Shown here: one piece after another, positions 43,664 through 52,745 of the stretch | Numbering within the stretch: position 1 is the first letter of the stretch | Layout: each line of letters begins with the position of its first letter | Source of the DNA: an uncultured Chloroflexia bacterium | GTDB taxonomy: Bacteria > Chloroflexota > Limnocylindria > Limnocylindrales > CSP1-4 | DNA: 64,000 nt | NCBI GenBank assembly: GCA_963813535.1 | Contig: CAWEZH010000003.1 | Coordinates: 928,001-992,000 of the forward strand | Direction: 5' to 3' | Program-made: the position numbers and the translations under genes | The notes under the pieces: model-generated | What the model saw: the letters and a program-made list of their open reading frames with translations, nothing else | What the model was told of the DNA's origin: nothing | The model's database searches: none

Positions 43664-44331
43664 GGTTCCAGGACGCGGCCCGCGATGGGCGCGCGGTCGT
43701 CTACGCCGGGATCCAGGCCGATCCGCTCGTCTCACGCGCTGCCGACCTCCTTGCGAGCGCCACCCCACCGATGCGCGTCCTTGCCCGTGCCGCGATGAAC
43801 GGCGAGTCGACCGACGCCGGATCGTGGCGGATCATGTTCCCCGGCCTGTTCGGCGCTGCCGTGGCGGAGGACCAGCGCGCACGGGCCGAGGCGATCCTGG
43901 CCGTGGCGCTCGAGGTCGCGGATCGTGGTGAGGCGGTCCGCAGCCAGGTCCGCGGCGCCATCGTGGAGGAGCTGACGGCGCGACTCCTTGCGCGGCGGGT
44001 GCCGCCCGACGCCGTCCGCCGTGAACGGCGGATCCTGTTCGACGGCGTTCGCGCCGAGATCCATCCGTACGACGTCACCGTCGAGCGGGACGACGGGTAC
44101 GAGGCGTACGACTGCAAATGGGGCGCGCGCGGGATCAGCGCCGACGTGCTGCACCAGCTCGACGACGCGCGCGGGCACGCTGCCGACGAGGACGTCCCGC
44201 TGCACGTCGCGCTCGTCGTGTTCGATGCCGCGCGATCGTGCGAGGTTCGCCTCGTTCGGTCGACGGCGCCGGCAGGGGACACGGTCATCGTTGCGCTCGA
44301 GACGCTCGACGATCTGGCAGCGGACCGGTGA
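43660..44331 (+). CDS. Hypothetical protein with a C-terminal restriction-endonuclease-like motif
   Basis: RGAIVEEL...PYDVTV..EAYDCKWG; GTGA overlaps at both ends. Confidence 0.7.
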   Translation: MRFQDAARDGRAVVYAGIQADPLVSRAADLLASATPPMRVLARAAMNGESTDAGSWRIMFPGLFGAAVAEDQRARAEAILAVALEVADRGEAVRSQVRGAIVEELTARLLARRVPPDAVRRERRILFDGVRAEIHPYDVTVERDDGYEAYDCKWGARGISADVLHQLDDARGHAADEDVPLHVALVVFDAARSCEVRLVRSTAPAGDTVIVALETLDDLAADR

Positions 44332-45084
44332 CCGACGGGGACCGCCAGCCCGATCGCTGTTCGTCGCCGTATCGCGTCCGGTTCGACGAGGCCGCTCCCG
44401 ATGGGCGGATCCGAACCTCGGTCCTGCTGCGCTATGCCCAAGACCTGGCCTGGTTCCACTCGTCGTCACGCGGGTTCACGCGCGAGTGGTATCGCGAGCG
44501 CGGCCTGACGTGGCTGGCCCGCGCCGCCGAGGTCGGAATCGAGGGCGACATGCGGGTCGGCGATGAGTTGGTCGGAACCACGCAGGTCGTCGGCTGGCGA
44601 CGCGTCTGGGCCCGACGCCGGACGGACTTCGTCGACGCGACGGAGCGCCCTCGTCGCCTGGACGCACGTCGACTGGGTGCTCCTGGATGGGCGTGGGGCA
44701 CCCACCCGCGTACCCAAGGAATTCGACGGCCAGTTCTGGGCGCCGGAGGCCACCTTCCCGCTGGGCCGAGTCGCGCTAGGCGATCCGCCGCCCGACGTCG
44801 ACGGGGCGAGCATCAGCGTGCGTCCCCAGGAGCTCGATCCGATGGATCACGTCAACAACGCCGTCTACGCCGACTGGGTCGACGAGCAGGTCATCCGGTC
44901 AGGCGGCGAGGAGGACGTCCGGATCATCCCCAGGGTCATCCGCCTCGAGTACGCCCGGGCGGTCGATGCCGGCGCGACCGTGGTCGCCGACGCGTGGCGC
45001 GACGCCGACGGCTGGTCGTGCCGGATCCGCGATGCCGCCGGCAACGAGTGCCTGCGGGCCCGGCTCGAACCTGCCGCGGTCTGA
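44328..45084 (+). CDS. Acyl-ACP thioesterase (double hot-dog); +1 frameshift at ~44645
   Basis: YRVRFDEA..LRYAQD in ORF 44118; DWVLLD..VRPQELDPMDHVNNAVY in ORF 44563. The span is 757 = 756+1. Confidence 0.85.
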
Positions 45085-45089
45085 CGACG

Positions 45090-45779
45090 ATGGCCGATCA
45101 GACCGAGGACATCGAGGCGATCGCGTTGCTGGACGAACCCGTCCGCCGGGCGCTGTACGACTGGGTCGGCGCTCAGCGGCGGCCGGTCGGACGGGACGAG
45201 GCGGCCGCCGGTGTGGGCATCTCGCGCGCGCTCGCGGCGTTCCACCTCGATCGCCTCGCCGTGGCCGGTCTGCTCACCACCGAGTTCCGCCGGCTGACCG
45301 GCCGGACCGGTCCCGGCGCAGGACGCCCGGCGAAGCTCTATGCCCGCGCCGAGCGCGAGATCCGCGTATCGCTCCCCGAGCGTCGCTACGACGTCGCCGC
45401 GAGATTGATGGCGGATGCGTTCGAGGACGCATCCGGCGAGGTCCCGCCGCCGTCGCTGCGCGCTGCCGCCCACAGCCTCGGAGCGGAGGTGGGTCGCTCC
45501 GCACGAGCCGCGGCCGGACCGAAGCCATCGAAGGGTCGCCGTCGCGCGGCCCTGATCGCGTCGCTTGCAGAACGAGGGTACGAGCCACACGAGCAGGCGG
45601 GCGAGCTGCGCCTCGGGAACTGCCCGTTCGACGCACTCGTCGACGAGCACCAGGATCTCGTGTGCGGCATGAACCTCGCCCTTGCCGACGGCCTCCTCGA
45701 CGGTCTTGGCGAAACGCGGGCGACGACCCGGCTCGATCGCCAGCCGGGCCTGTGTTGCGTCGCGATCGACCTGCGGTGA
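45090..45779 (+). CDS. ArsR-like HTH transcriptional regulator with a Cys-containing C-terminal domain
   Basis: LDEPVRRALY, AAFHLDRL, GAGRPAKLY, NCPF, VCGMN and CCV. Confidence 0.88.
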   Translation: MADQTEDIEAIALLDEPVRRALYDWVGAQRRPVGRDEAAAGVGISRALAAFHLDRLAVAGLLTTEFRRLTGRTGPGAGRPAKLYARAEREIRVSLPERRYDVAARLMADAFEDASGEVPPPSLRAAAHSLGAEVGRSARAAAGPKPSKGRRRAALIASLAERGYEPHEQAGELRLGNCPFDALVDEHQDLVCGMNLALADGLLDGLGETRATTRLDRQPGLCCVAIDLR

Positions 45780-45786
45780 CCGGGCG

Positions 45787-46941
45787 GTGACCACCGCCAT
45801 GGACGTCGCCATCATCGGCGGTGGTGCGATGGGCAGCGCGATCGCGGTCCAGCTCCTCGAGGACCCGGCGTTCGACGGTCGCGTCGCGGTGATCGAACGT
45901 GACCCGACGTTCCGGCGGGCGTCGTCCGCATTGAGCGCCGCGTCGATCCGGCGGCAGTTCTCGACACCCGAGAACATCCGGATGTCCGCCTTCTCGTTCG
46001 GATGGCTGCGCGACCACCTCGACGTCGGGCTGCACGAGGCCGGCTACCTCTATCTCGCCACTCGTGAGACCGCGCCGATCCTCGAGGAGAACCATGAGGT
46101 CCAGGTGGCGGAGGGCGCCGATGTCGTGTTGCTGTCGCCCGACGAGCTGACTCGACGTTTCCCCTGGCTCGCGACCGATGGGATCGCCCTCGGTTCGCTC
46201 GGGTGCTCGGGCGAAGGCTGGTTCGATGGCTACGCGCTCGTCCAGGGACTGCGCAAGCGCGCGCGGGAGCTTGGCGCCGAGCTCGTCACGGGCGAGGTCG
46301 TCGGGATGGGGATGGACGACGGTCGGGTGGAGTCCCTCGCGCTGGCCGATGGCTCGAGCCGGACGTGTGCGACCGTCGTCGATGCCGCCGGGCCGTGGGC
46401 GGCCGAGGTCGCCGCCATGGCCGGCGTCGACCTTCCGGTCGAGGCGCGCCGGCGCTCGGTGTTCGTCTTCGACGTCGAGCGCGACGCCCCGCGCGACTGC
46501 CCGCTCGTCATCGACACCTCGGGCGCCTGGTTCCGACCCGAGGGCGGGTCGTTCATCGCGGGTATCGCGCCGGATCCCGACGATGACCTGCCCGATCTGC
46601 CGCTCGTACCGGAGCACCGGCTGTTCGATGACCGGCTCTGGCCGGCGCTCGCGCACCGGGTGCCGGCATTCGATGCGATCCGTGTCACGAATTCGTGGGC
46701 GGGCTACTACGAGGTGAACACGTTCGACCACAACGCGATCATCGGTCGTCATCCGGACGTCTCGAACCTGCTGTTCGCGAACGGGTTCAGCGGCCACGGG
46801 ATCCAGCAGGCACCGGCCGTCGGGCGGGCCATCGCGGAGCTGATCGTGCATGAGCGGTTCGTGACGCTGGATCTGTCCATGTTCGGTTTCGAGCGGATCG
46901 CTGCAGGTCGCGCCGTGATCGAGCGCAACGTCATCGGCTGA
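45787..46941 (+). CDS. FAD-dependent oxidoreductase (DAO/sarcosine oxidase beta, FOXRED1-like)
   Basis: IIGGGAMG, IRRQFS, EGWFD, AAGPW, WAGYYE..DHNAIIG and NGFSGHG. Confidence 0.9.
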   Translation: MTTAMDVAIIGGGAMGSAIAVQLLEDPAFDGRVAVIERDPTFRRASSALSAASIRRQFSTPENIRMSAFSFGWLRDHLDVGLHEAGYLYLATRETAPILEENHEVQVAEGADVVLLSPDELTRRFPWLATDGIALGSLGCSGEGWFDGYALVQGLRKRARELGAELVTGEVVGMGMDDGRVESLALADGSSRTCATVVDAAGPWAAEVAAMAGVDLPVEARRRSVFVFDVERDAPRDCPLVIDTSGAWFRPEGGSFIAGIAPDPDDDLPDLPLVPEHRLFDDRLWPALAHRVPAFDAIRVTNSWAGYYEVNTFDHNAIIGRHPDVSNLLFANGFSGHGIQQAPAVGRAIAELIVHERFVTLDLSMFGFERIAAGRAVIERNVIG

Positions 46942-47063
46942 CCGCGTCACGCACGGCCGCGGATATGGCAAGCAACCTGTAACCCTCGGGTGCGTCCGGC
47001 GCTGAGTCGACGACGCGCTGCCCGATGCCACCGTTCCCAGCCTGACCAACGAGGAGGACGTCC

Positions 47064-47495
47064 ATGCAGACGACCATGAATGAGATCCGCAGCGCGACCA
47101 CCATCGATGCACCCATCGATCGCGTCTGGGCGGCGATCACGACGCCATCCGAGCTCAAGCAGTGGTTCTTCGGCGTCGATACCGAGGCCGACTGGAAAGT
47201 CGGCGGCAGCCTCGTGCACCGTGGCGAGTACGAGGGCAAGCCGTACGTCGACAAGGGCGAGATCCTCGCCTTCGAGCCACCGCGGCGGCTGGTACATACG
47301 CACTGGAGCGATGTCTCCGGCCTGGCCGACGTGCCGGAGAACTACCAGGAGGTCGCGTGGGACCTGACCGAGCGTGTCGGCGGCACGCAGCTGACCATCA
47401 CCGAGCGGAACCTGCCCTCCGATGACGCCGCGAAGACCTCCGAGGAGGGCTGGAAGGGCGCGCTGGAAAGCCTGAAGACGCTCCTCGAGGGCTAG
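47064..47495 (+). CDS. SRPBCC/AHSA1-domain protein
   Basis: IDAPIDRVW, WKVGG, EPPRRL, GTQLTI and GW..L..LK..LE; GAGGAGG RBS. Confidence 0.92.
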   Translation: MQTTMNEIRSATTIDAPIDRVWAAITTPSELKQWFFGVDTEADWKVGGSLVHRGEYEGKPYVDKGEILAFEPPRRLVHTHWSDVSGLADVPENYQEVAWDLTERVGGTQLTITERNLPSDDAAKTSEEGWKGALESLKTLLEG

Positions 47496-47607
47496 CTCCC
47501 ACCGGGCGCCCGCGCCCGACGACCCGATCACCAAGCCCGGCCACTCGAGCGGCCGGGCTCTCGCGTCATCGGGTGCCCGCACGGTCGAGCACGTGGGTGG
47601 GCGCGCC

Positions 47608-48945
47608 ATGGCCCACGCGGACCGTCGGGTCGATGCTGTCGTCGGCATGCCGATGATCGCGCCTGGAACGCCCGCCGCACGCGGACGAGCGGCCGCCGAG
47701 TGGGCGGCGCTCCGCGACCGGCTGCGCACCGTGACCCCGCACGCCGTCGGTCGGGCGGTCCTCGTCGCGGGCGTCGTGGTGGGCACTGTCGCTGTCGCCC
47801 GGGCAACGCTTCCGGCTGTCCTCCCGTTCGTCGTCGGCGGTCTGATCGCCTACGCGCTGCTGCCGGTCGTGGACGCTCTCGACCGGTTCATGCCGCGGAC
47901 CCTGGCCGCGCTCCTGTCAGTGTCCGCGATCGTCGTGGCGGTCGTGGGCATCGGGCTCATCGTCCTGCCGCCGCTCGCCAACGCCTTCGTCCGACTCGCT
48001 GTGGGTCTGCCGACCACGGCCGATATCGACGCCGCCATCGCGCACCTGCAGGAACAGCTGGGCTCGATGCCGGAGGGCTCCGCCGCGATCGCGGCTCCCA
48101 TCCTGACGACCATCGCCGTCACGATCAGGGACGCCGCCTCGGGTGCTTCCGGCGGGCTCGACGAGGTGGTCCGGACCGGCCTGCGGGCATTGCTCGATAC
48201 CATCGCCGCATTGCTGGGCCTGATCGTCCTGCCCACATGGATGCTGACGGTCTTGGGCGACAAGCAGCGAGCTCGTGCGTCGATCGACCGACGGATCGCC
48301 CCGTGGCTGCGCAAGGATGTCTGGGCCGTCGCCGCGATCGTCGACCGGGCGGCCGGCGCCTACCTCCGCGGGTACGTTGTCGTCGCAGCGCTGGTGGGGT
48401 TCCTGGTCTATGTCGGGCTTCGTGCCTCCCCCTCCATCGGCGGACCGACGTTCCAGGAACCGCTCGCCCTGGCGACGCTGGCCGGGGCGACCCAGGTCAT
48501 CCCGATCATCGGCCCGCTGCTGGGCCTGCTGCCGGTGCTCCTGATCCTCGTCGTCGATAGCGATCGCGCACTGGTCTATGCCGGGGTCTACGTGGCCGCT
48601 CGCCTCCTCGGAGCGAGCCTCCTCGGGTCACGACTCATGGAGCGTCGACTCGGTGTCCATCCCGCGATCCTCATCCCGGGCGTCGTGATGCTGGGGCAGC
48701 TGGGGATCCTGTGGCTGCTGCTGTCGGCTCCGATCGTCAGCGCCGTGGCCGACCTCGTTCGCTACGTGCACGGGCGGCTGTCCGAACCACCGCTTCCCGC
48801 AGGCGTGCTGCCACGCACCCAGGCAGCGGCAGTCAGGCGGCCGGCGGGGAGCCCCGTCTCCCGGGTCCCATCCACGTACCGACGGCCGACGGCACCCGCG
48901 CCGATCGCTCGAGCCGCGGCGTCCGCTCCGCCGCCGACCACATGA
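47608..48945 (+). CDS. AI-2E (PerM) family transporter
   Basis: IAYALLPVV, YLRG, IPIIGP, LGVHP and multiple TM; the start is uncertain (47593-47654). Confidence 0.88.
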   Translation: MAHADRRVDAVVGMPMIAPGTPAARGRAAAEWAALRDRLRTVTPHAVGRAVLVAGVVVGTVAVARATLPAVLPFVVGGLIAYALLPVVDALDRFMPRTLAALLSVSAIVVAVVGIGLIVLPPLANAFVRLAVGLPTTADIDAAIAHLQEQLGSMPEGSAAIAAPILTTIAVTIRDAASGASGGLDEVVRTGLRALLDTIAALLGLIVLPTWMLTVLGDKQRARASIDRRIAPWLRKDVWAVAAIVDRAAGAYLRGYVVVAALVGFLVYVGLRASPSIGGPTFQEPLALATLAGATQVIPIIGPLLGLLPVLLILVVDSDRALVYAGVYVAARLLGASLLGSRLMERRLGVHPAILIPGVVMLGQLGILWLLLSAPIVSAVADLVRYVHGRLSEPPLPAGVLPRTQAAAVRRPAGSPVSRVPSTYRRPTAPAPIARAAASAPPPTT

Positions 48946-48962
48946 GGGACAGGTGATGCGCC

Positions 48963-50186
48963 ATGGCTGACGAGCAACCGGCAGAGGGCACAAGCCCGGC
49001 CACGGCCTCGACGTCGGCTGCGACCTCGGCCCCGCCGACCACGGCCCCGGTCCAGCTCACGCAGTCGCGGGTCCCGCTCGACGAGACCGCAGAGGCCCTG
49101 GCGACGCCGGATGCCAACGGGAACCTGCCGATCGTCGTCCTCCCGCTGCATTCGCTTCGCATCCGGAACGAGCTCGTCGCGGCCGGCGCCATCGCGCTGG
49201 CAGTGAGCCTGTTCGTCAACATCGACCTGGCGCTTCGGGGCGCCCTCCTCACGCTGGGCGGCGTGCTCATCGTGCTTGGTGTCTTCCAGTCGTTCCGTGT
49301 CCCGGTGCCGGAGTCGTCGCAGGCGATCCTGCTGCGGCGCGGACGGTTCATGAAGACGCTCGGGCCCGGCAACCATTTTGTTCCGCCGTGGATCATCGTC
49401 AGCCATTTCGTGACGATGCGAGAGACGCCGTTCGACGCTCCGGCGACGGAGATCCCGACCCGCGACGACGTCCGCACCAACGTCGACATCCTGATGACCT
49501 TCAAGATCACGGCACCGGAGCGGTTCGTGTTCACGATCGCGGCGCCCGACTTCGATCAGGTGTGCCAGGCGACTTGCCAGGAGACTGTCCGTTTGCTGAT
49601 CCGCTCCAAGGGCTCCGACGAGGTCCTCGACATGGGCGAGGTCGACAACGAGTGGCTGCGCGCCGCCATCAGCGAGGCCTTGGATCGGTACGGCGTCGAG
49701 ATCGTCCGCGTGGTCCTGACCCATGTCCAGCCTCCGGCCGAGTTCGTCGCCTCACGGGAAGCTCGTCGACTGGCCTCCGTCCACCGCGCCGAGGAGGTGG
49801 AGCAGCACACCTTGGAGCTCCTGCGCCAGTCGGATCGTGAGGCGCTGGAGCGGCAAAAGATCGCCGCCCGTCGCGAGGCGATCGAACTCGAAGCGGCAAA
49901 CGAGGTCGCTCGCCTCGAGCGGCTCGAGACGCGGATCCGCGAGTACCCGGCCGCGATGCAATGGGACATCGAGTCGCGCCGGCTCGATGTCGCCGCGAAC
50001 CTCGCCGGCAACACTCGCGCGATGGTCCAGGTCGGGCCGGCGGCGGACGTCGCGGCGTCGCTGCTGATGCACACGATGCCGGACGACGGTGGTCAGGCCA
50101 AACCGGCCGCCGGGCCGGCGCCAGCGCCGGCCGACGGCGCGAGCCGTTCCGCGCGAGCGTCACGGCCCAAGCGCGAGGCGTCCTAG
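48963..50186 (+). CDS. SPFH/band-7 domain membrane protein
   Basis: Two TM, then RRGRFMKTLGPG, PTRDDV and YGVEIVRV, followed by a coiled coil. Confidence 0.88.
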   Translation: MADEQPAEGTSPATASTSAATSAPPTTAPVQLTQSRVPLDETAEALATPDANGNLPIVVLPLHSLRIRNELVAAGAIALAVSLFVNIDLALRGALLTLGGVLIVLGVFQSFRVPVPESSQAILLRRGRFMKTLGPGNHFVPPWIIVSHFVTMRETPFDAPATEIPTRDDVRTNVDILMTFKITAPERFVFTIAAPDFDQVCQATCQETVRLLIRSKGSDEVLDMGEVDNEWLRAAISEALDRYGVEIVRVVLTHVQPPAEFVASREARRLASVHRAEEVEQHTLELLRQSDREALERQKIAARREAIELEAANEVARLERLETRIREYPAAMQWDIESRRLDVAANLAGNTRAMVQVGPAADVAASLLMHTMPDDGGQAKPAAGPAPAPADGASRSARASRPKREAS

Positions 50187-52301
50187 CGGTCGGGCGGGCT
50201 AGACGGCTCCTCGGAGCCACCCTCGGTCGGCGGCTCCGCCGAAGCGGTCCCGCCCGGTGCCGCGTTCCCCTCGACCTCGGACTCGCCCTCGGGAGGGGCG
50301 GCCTCGACCGACTCGTCGACCATCGACTCGTCACTCGCGGTCGCCGTCGTTCCTTCAGCAGGCTCGACGACCTCGTCATCCGCTTCGGCTCCCGGCTCCG
50401 ATCCCGTCCCTTCCGGTGGTGGCTCCGTCACCGGCTCTCGACGTGACCGCACGTACAGCACCGCCGCGACGATGAGCGCGATGATCCCCAGCAGGCCGAC
50501 GATCGCCCCGAGCTGGAGACCGTCATCGGCGACGACCTCCGACGTGGTCGCCACCGGCACGGTGATGCCGCTGAGGGGGTTCCCCTTGGTGATCACCGGA
50601 ACGCCGGTGCGGTTCTCCCAGCGCTGGTCACCGTCGACGATCCCCGCCGCGACGACGTAGCTCGGCGGCTTGATCGATCTTGGCCGGGTCGAACGCGACC
50701 GAGAAGGCGATCGGCACACCGGCCGGAGCGACCTCGACGTCGATTCCCATCGTCGTGTCGGTGGCTACGTCGAGCAGGACGGCCGCCGACATCGCCTGCG
50801 GGCCGAGCTCGATATCGGTGCCACTGATCGAGCCGGTGACTGCGCCCTTCAGGAGGTCGGTGCGATACACGAGCTGGATGTCCAGTCCGGAGGACGGAGC
50901 ACCCTTGGTGATGACGGGCGTGCCCTGCCCCGTCGCCCAGATGCGCTCCCCATCGATGATGGTCGCCTGGACGGTATAGGTGGTCTGCGGGTCGATCCCC
51001 ACGGTGCCGTAGGGAACGGCGAATGCGATGGGTACCTGGCCGGGCGAGACGATGGTCTGGCTCGCCACGATCGAGCCGGCGGTGGGCTTGCCGGCGCCCT
51101 CGACGATCGCGATCAGGGCGATCGCGTCATCGGTGAGGGCGGCCTTCTCGCTGTAGTCCAGCGTGCCGGTCAGGGTCCCGGGCCCGGGCGCAACGGAGGC
51201 TAAGGGTGGCGGTGTCGTGGCCACAGCCGTCTCGCTGGCCGTCGCGGTGGGCGTCGGCGTGGGTGTCGCGGTCGGCGTCGGCGTGGGAGTCGGCGTCGGC
51301 GTGGGAGTCGGCGTCGGTGTCGGCGTCGGCGTGGGAGTCGGCGTCGGTGTCGGCGTGGGTGTCGGCGTCGGTGTCGGCGTGGGTGTCGCGGACGGCGTGG
51401 GCGTGGGCGTGGCCGTCGGAGTCGGACTTGGTTCCGGGGTCGCGGTCGGCGTCGGGCTTGGCTCCACCGTCGCAGATGGTTCGACCGACACCGATGGCTC
51501 CACCGAGACCGATGGCTCCACCGACACTGATGGCTCGACCGACGGAGTGACGTCCGGGGCCACCGGGATGGTCTCCGGGCGTGCCTCGACGCTGACCTCC
51601 AGCGGCGTCGCCGGCGTGCCACCGACGATCGCGGTGACCGCCGAGGTCGTCCCCCAGACGTTCGCGCCATCGACGATCGCCGCTCGAACAGCGTAGGTGG
51701 CGTCGGGATCGACAAGATCAGGCTCGTAGCCAAGCTCGAACGGGATGGTCGCGCCCGGCTCGAGGTTCGTTACCGTGTCGACATCGACCAGCGTCCCCGT
51801 GTCCTGCTTGACGAGCGCGGCGATCGCCACGGCGTCCTCCGTCAGCGGTTGCCGGTCTGTTCGCAGGATGTCGCCGCCGATCGTCGCCGGCTCAGCGCCG
51901 TCCGGCTCGACGGGCACCTCCATGTTCAGCGACGGTCCACCCGTGATCACCGGCACCGGAACCGGCGTGTTCCATTCGGTATCACCGTCGACGATCGAAG
52001 CGACGACAGCGTACGAGTGATCTGGATCGATCCGCGCGTCGTCGTAGAGGACCTCGAACGCGATCGGCAGCGAGCCGGGTGAGTCGATGCGCTGCTCACC
52101 GATGATCGCGCCCGCCTCCGGGGTCGCCGTCTGGTCGACGATCGTGATCACCGCGACGGCATCGTCCGATAGGGGCACGTCGCCTTCCGACGTGATCACC
52201 CCGTTGAGGACGGTCGTGGCGGCAACGACCCGCCCGGCGGGTACCAGCACGATCAGGGCGAGCGCGATGGCGAGCAGTAGCGAGGCGATCTTGCGGTTCA
52301 T
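50183..52301 (-). CDS. Secreted, C-terminally anchored protein with four YbaY-like domains and a Pro/Thr linker; +1 frameshift at ~50665
   Basis: Signal peptide, four repeats of P(I)xFxxxY/FD..ID....Y.V.A.I.DG, C-terminal TM plus RSRR and an acidic tail (ORF 50183..50719). The span is 2119 = 2118+1. AAGGAG RBS. Confidence 0.8.
51241..51540 (-). repeat. Tandem hexamer repeats encoding (PT)n plus three 18-bp repeats encoding VEPSVS
   Basis: GGCGTC/GGCGTG/GGTGTC/GGAGTC units at ~51241-51460; TC(G/C)ACCGA(C/G)AC(C/T)GATGGC x3 at 51481-51534. Confidence 0.9.
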
Positions 52302-52422
52302 TCGTCAGCACTCCTTGGAGACGGTCGTGTCAGGCGGCAATGGAACCCCAAGCGCAGTGAGCACGCCCTCTGAGCTCACCTCATCGGTCGCAAGGCGAGT
52401 CGACCAGTCGTTCCTGCAAATT

Positions 52423-52719
52423 TCAGCGTCTGTGGATGTCCGCTCCCGCGTCGAAGACGAAAGCGCGGATGTCCCCGCCGCGCTCGGCTACCTCGCCGAG
52501 GGACCATAGGAAATCGAGGTACTCGGGGTCGACCGGTGGGCTCTCCGATGACACCCGCAGGCCCGTCCTCCTCAAAGCGATCGCGGATCCAAGCAGGCTG
52601 GCGACCAAGTCGTCGACGGCCTGCTCGACCGTCGCTCCGTGGCCATAGCCCCAGCCGCCGAGGGTCACGCGGACCCGGCCCCCCGCGACGCTCGTGCGCA
52701 GGAGGCGAGACCCAGCCAT
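52423..52719 (-). CDS. Small hypothetical protein, weakly HicB-N-like
   Basis: GYGHGATVEQAVDDL segment; fills the gap after the sulfatase. Confidence 0.55.
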   Translation of the reverse strand: MAGSRLLRTSVAGGRVRVTLGGWGYGHGATVEQAVDDLVASLLGSAIALRRTGLRVSSESPPVDPEYLDFLWSLGEVAERGGDIRAFVFDAGADIHRR

Positions 52720-52745
52720 CCACCGGCGCCGCGATCATCCGCGGG

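Noticed and set aside
44118-45779. 553-aa ORF seeming to fuse a thioesterase to an HTH regulator
   Set aside because: It is created by the indel at ~44645. The thioesterase ends at 45084 and the regulator has its own ATG at 45090.
47500-47560. GC-rich inverted repeats after the SRPBCC gene (and similarly near 43292-43321)
   Set aside because: Short imperfect hairpins without U-tracts; plausible terminators but not distinguishable from chance at this GC content.
51241-51540. Tandem repeats as a CRISPR array or non-coding satellite
   Set aside because: They are in-frame 6- and 18-bp coding repeats with no unique spacers and no cas genes.
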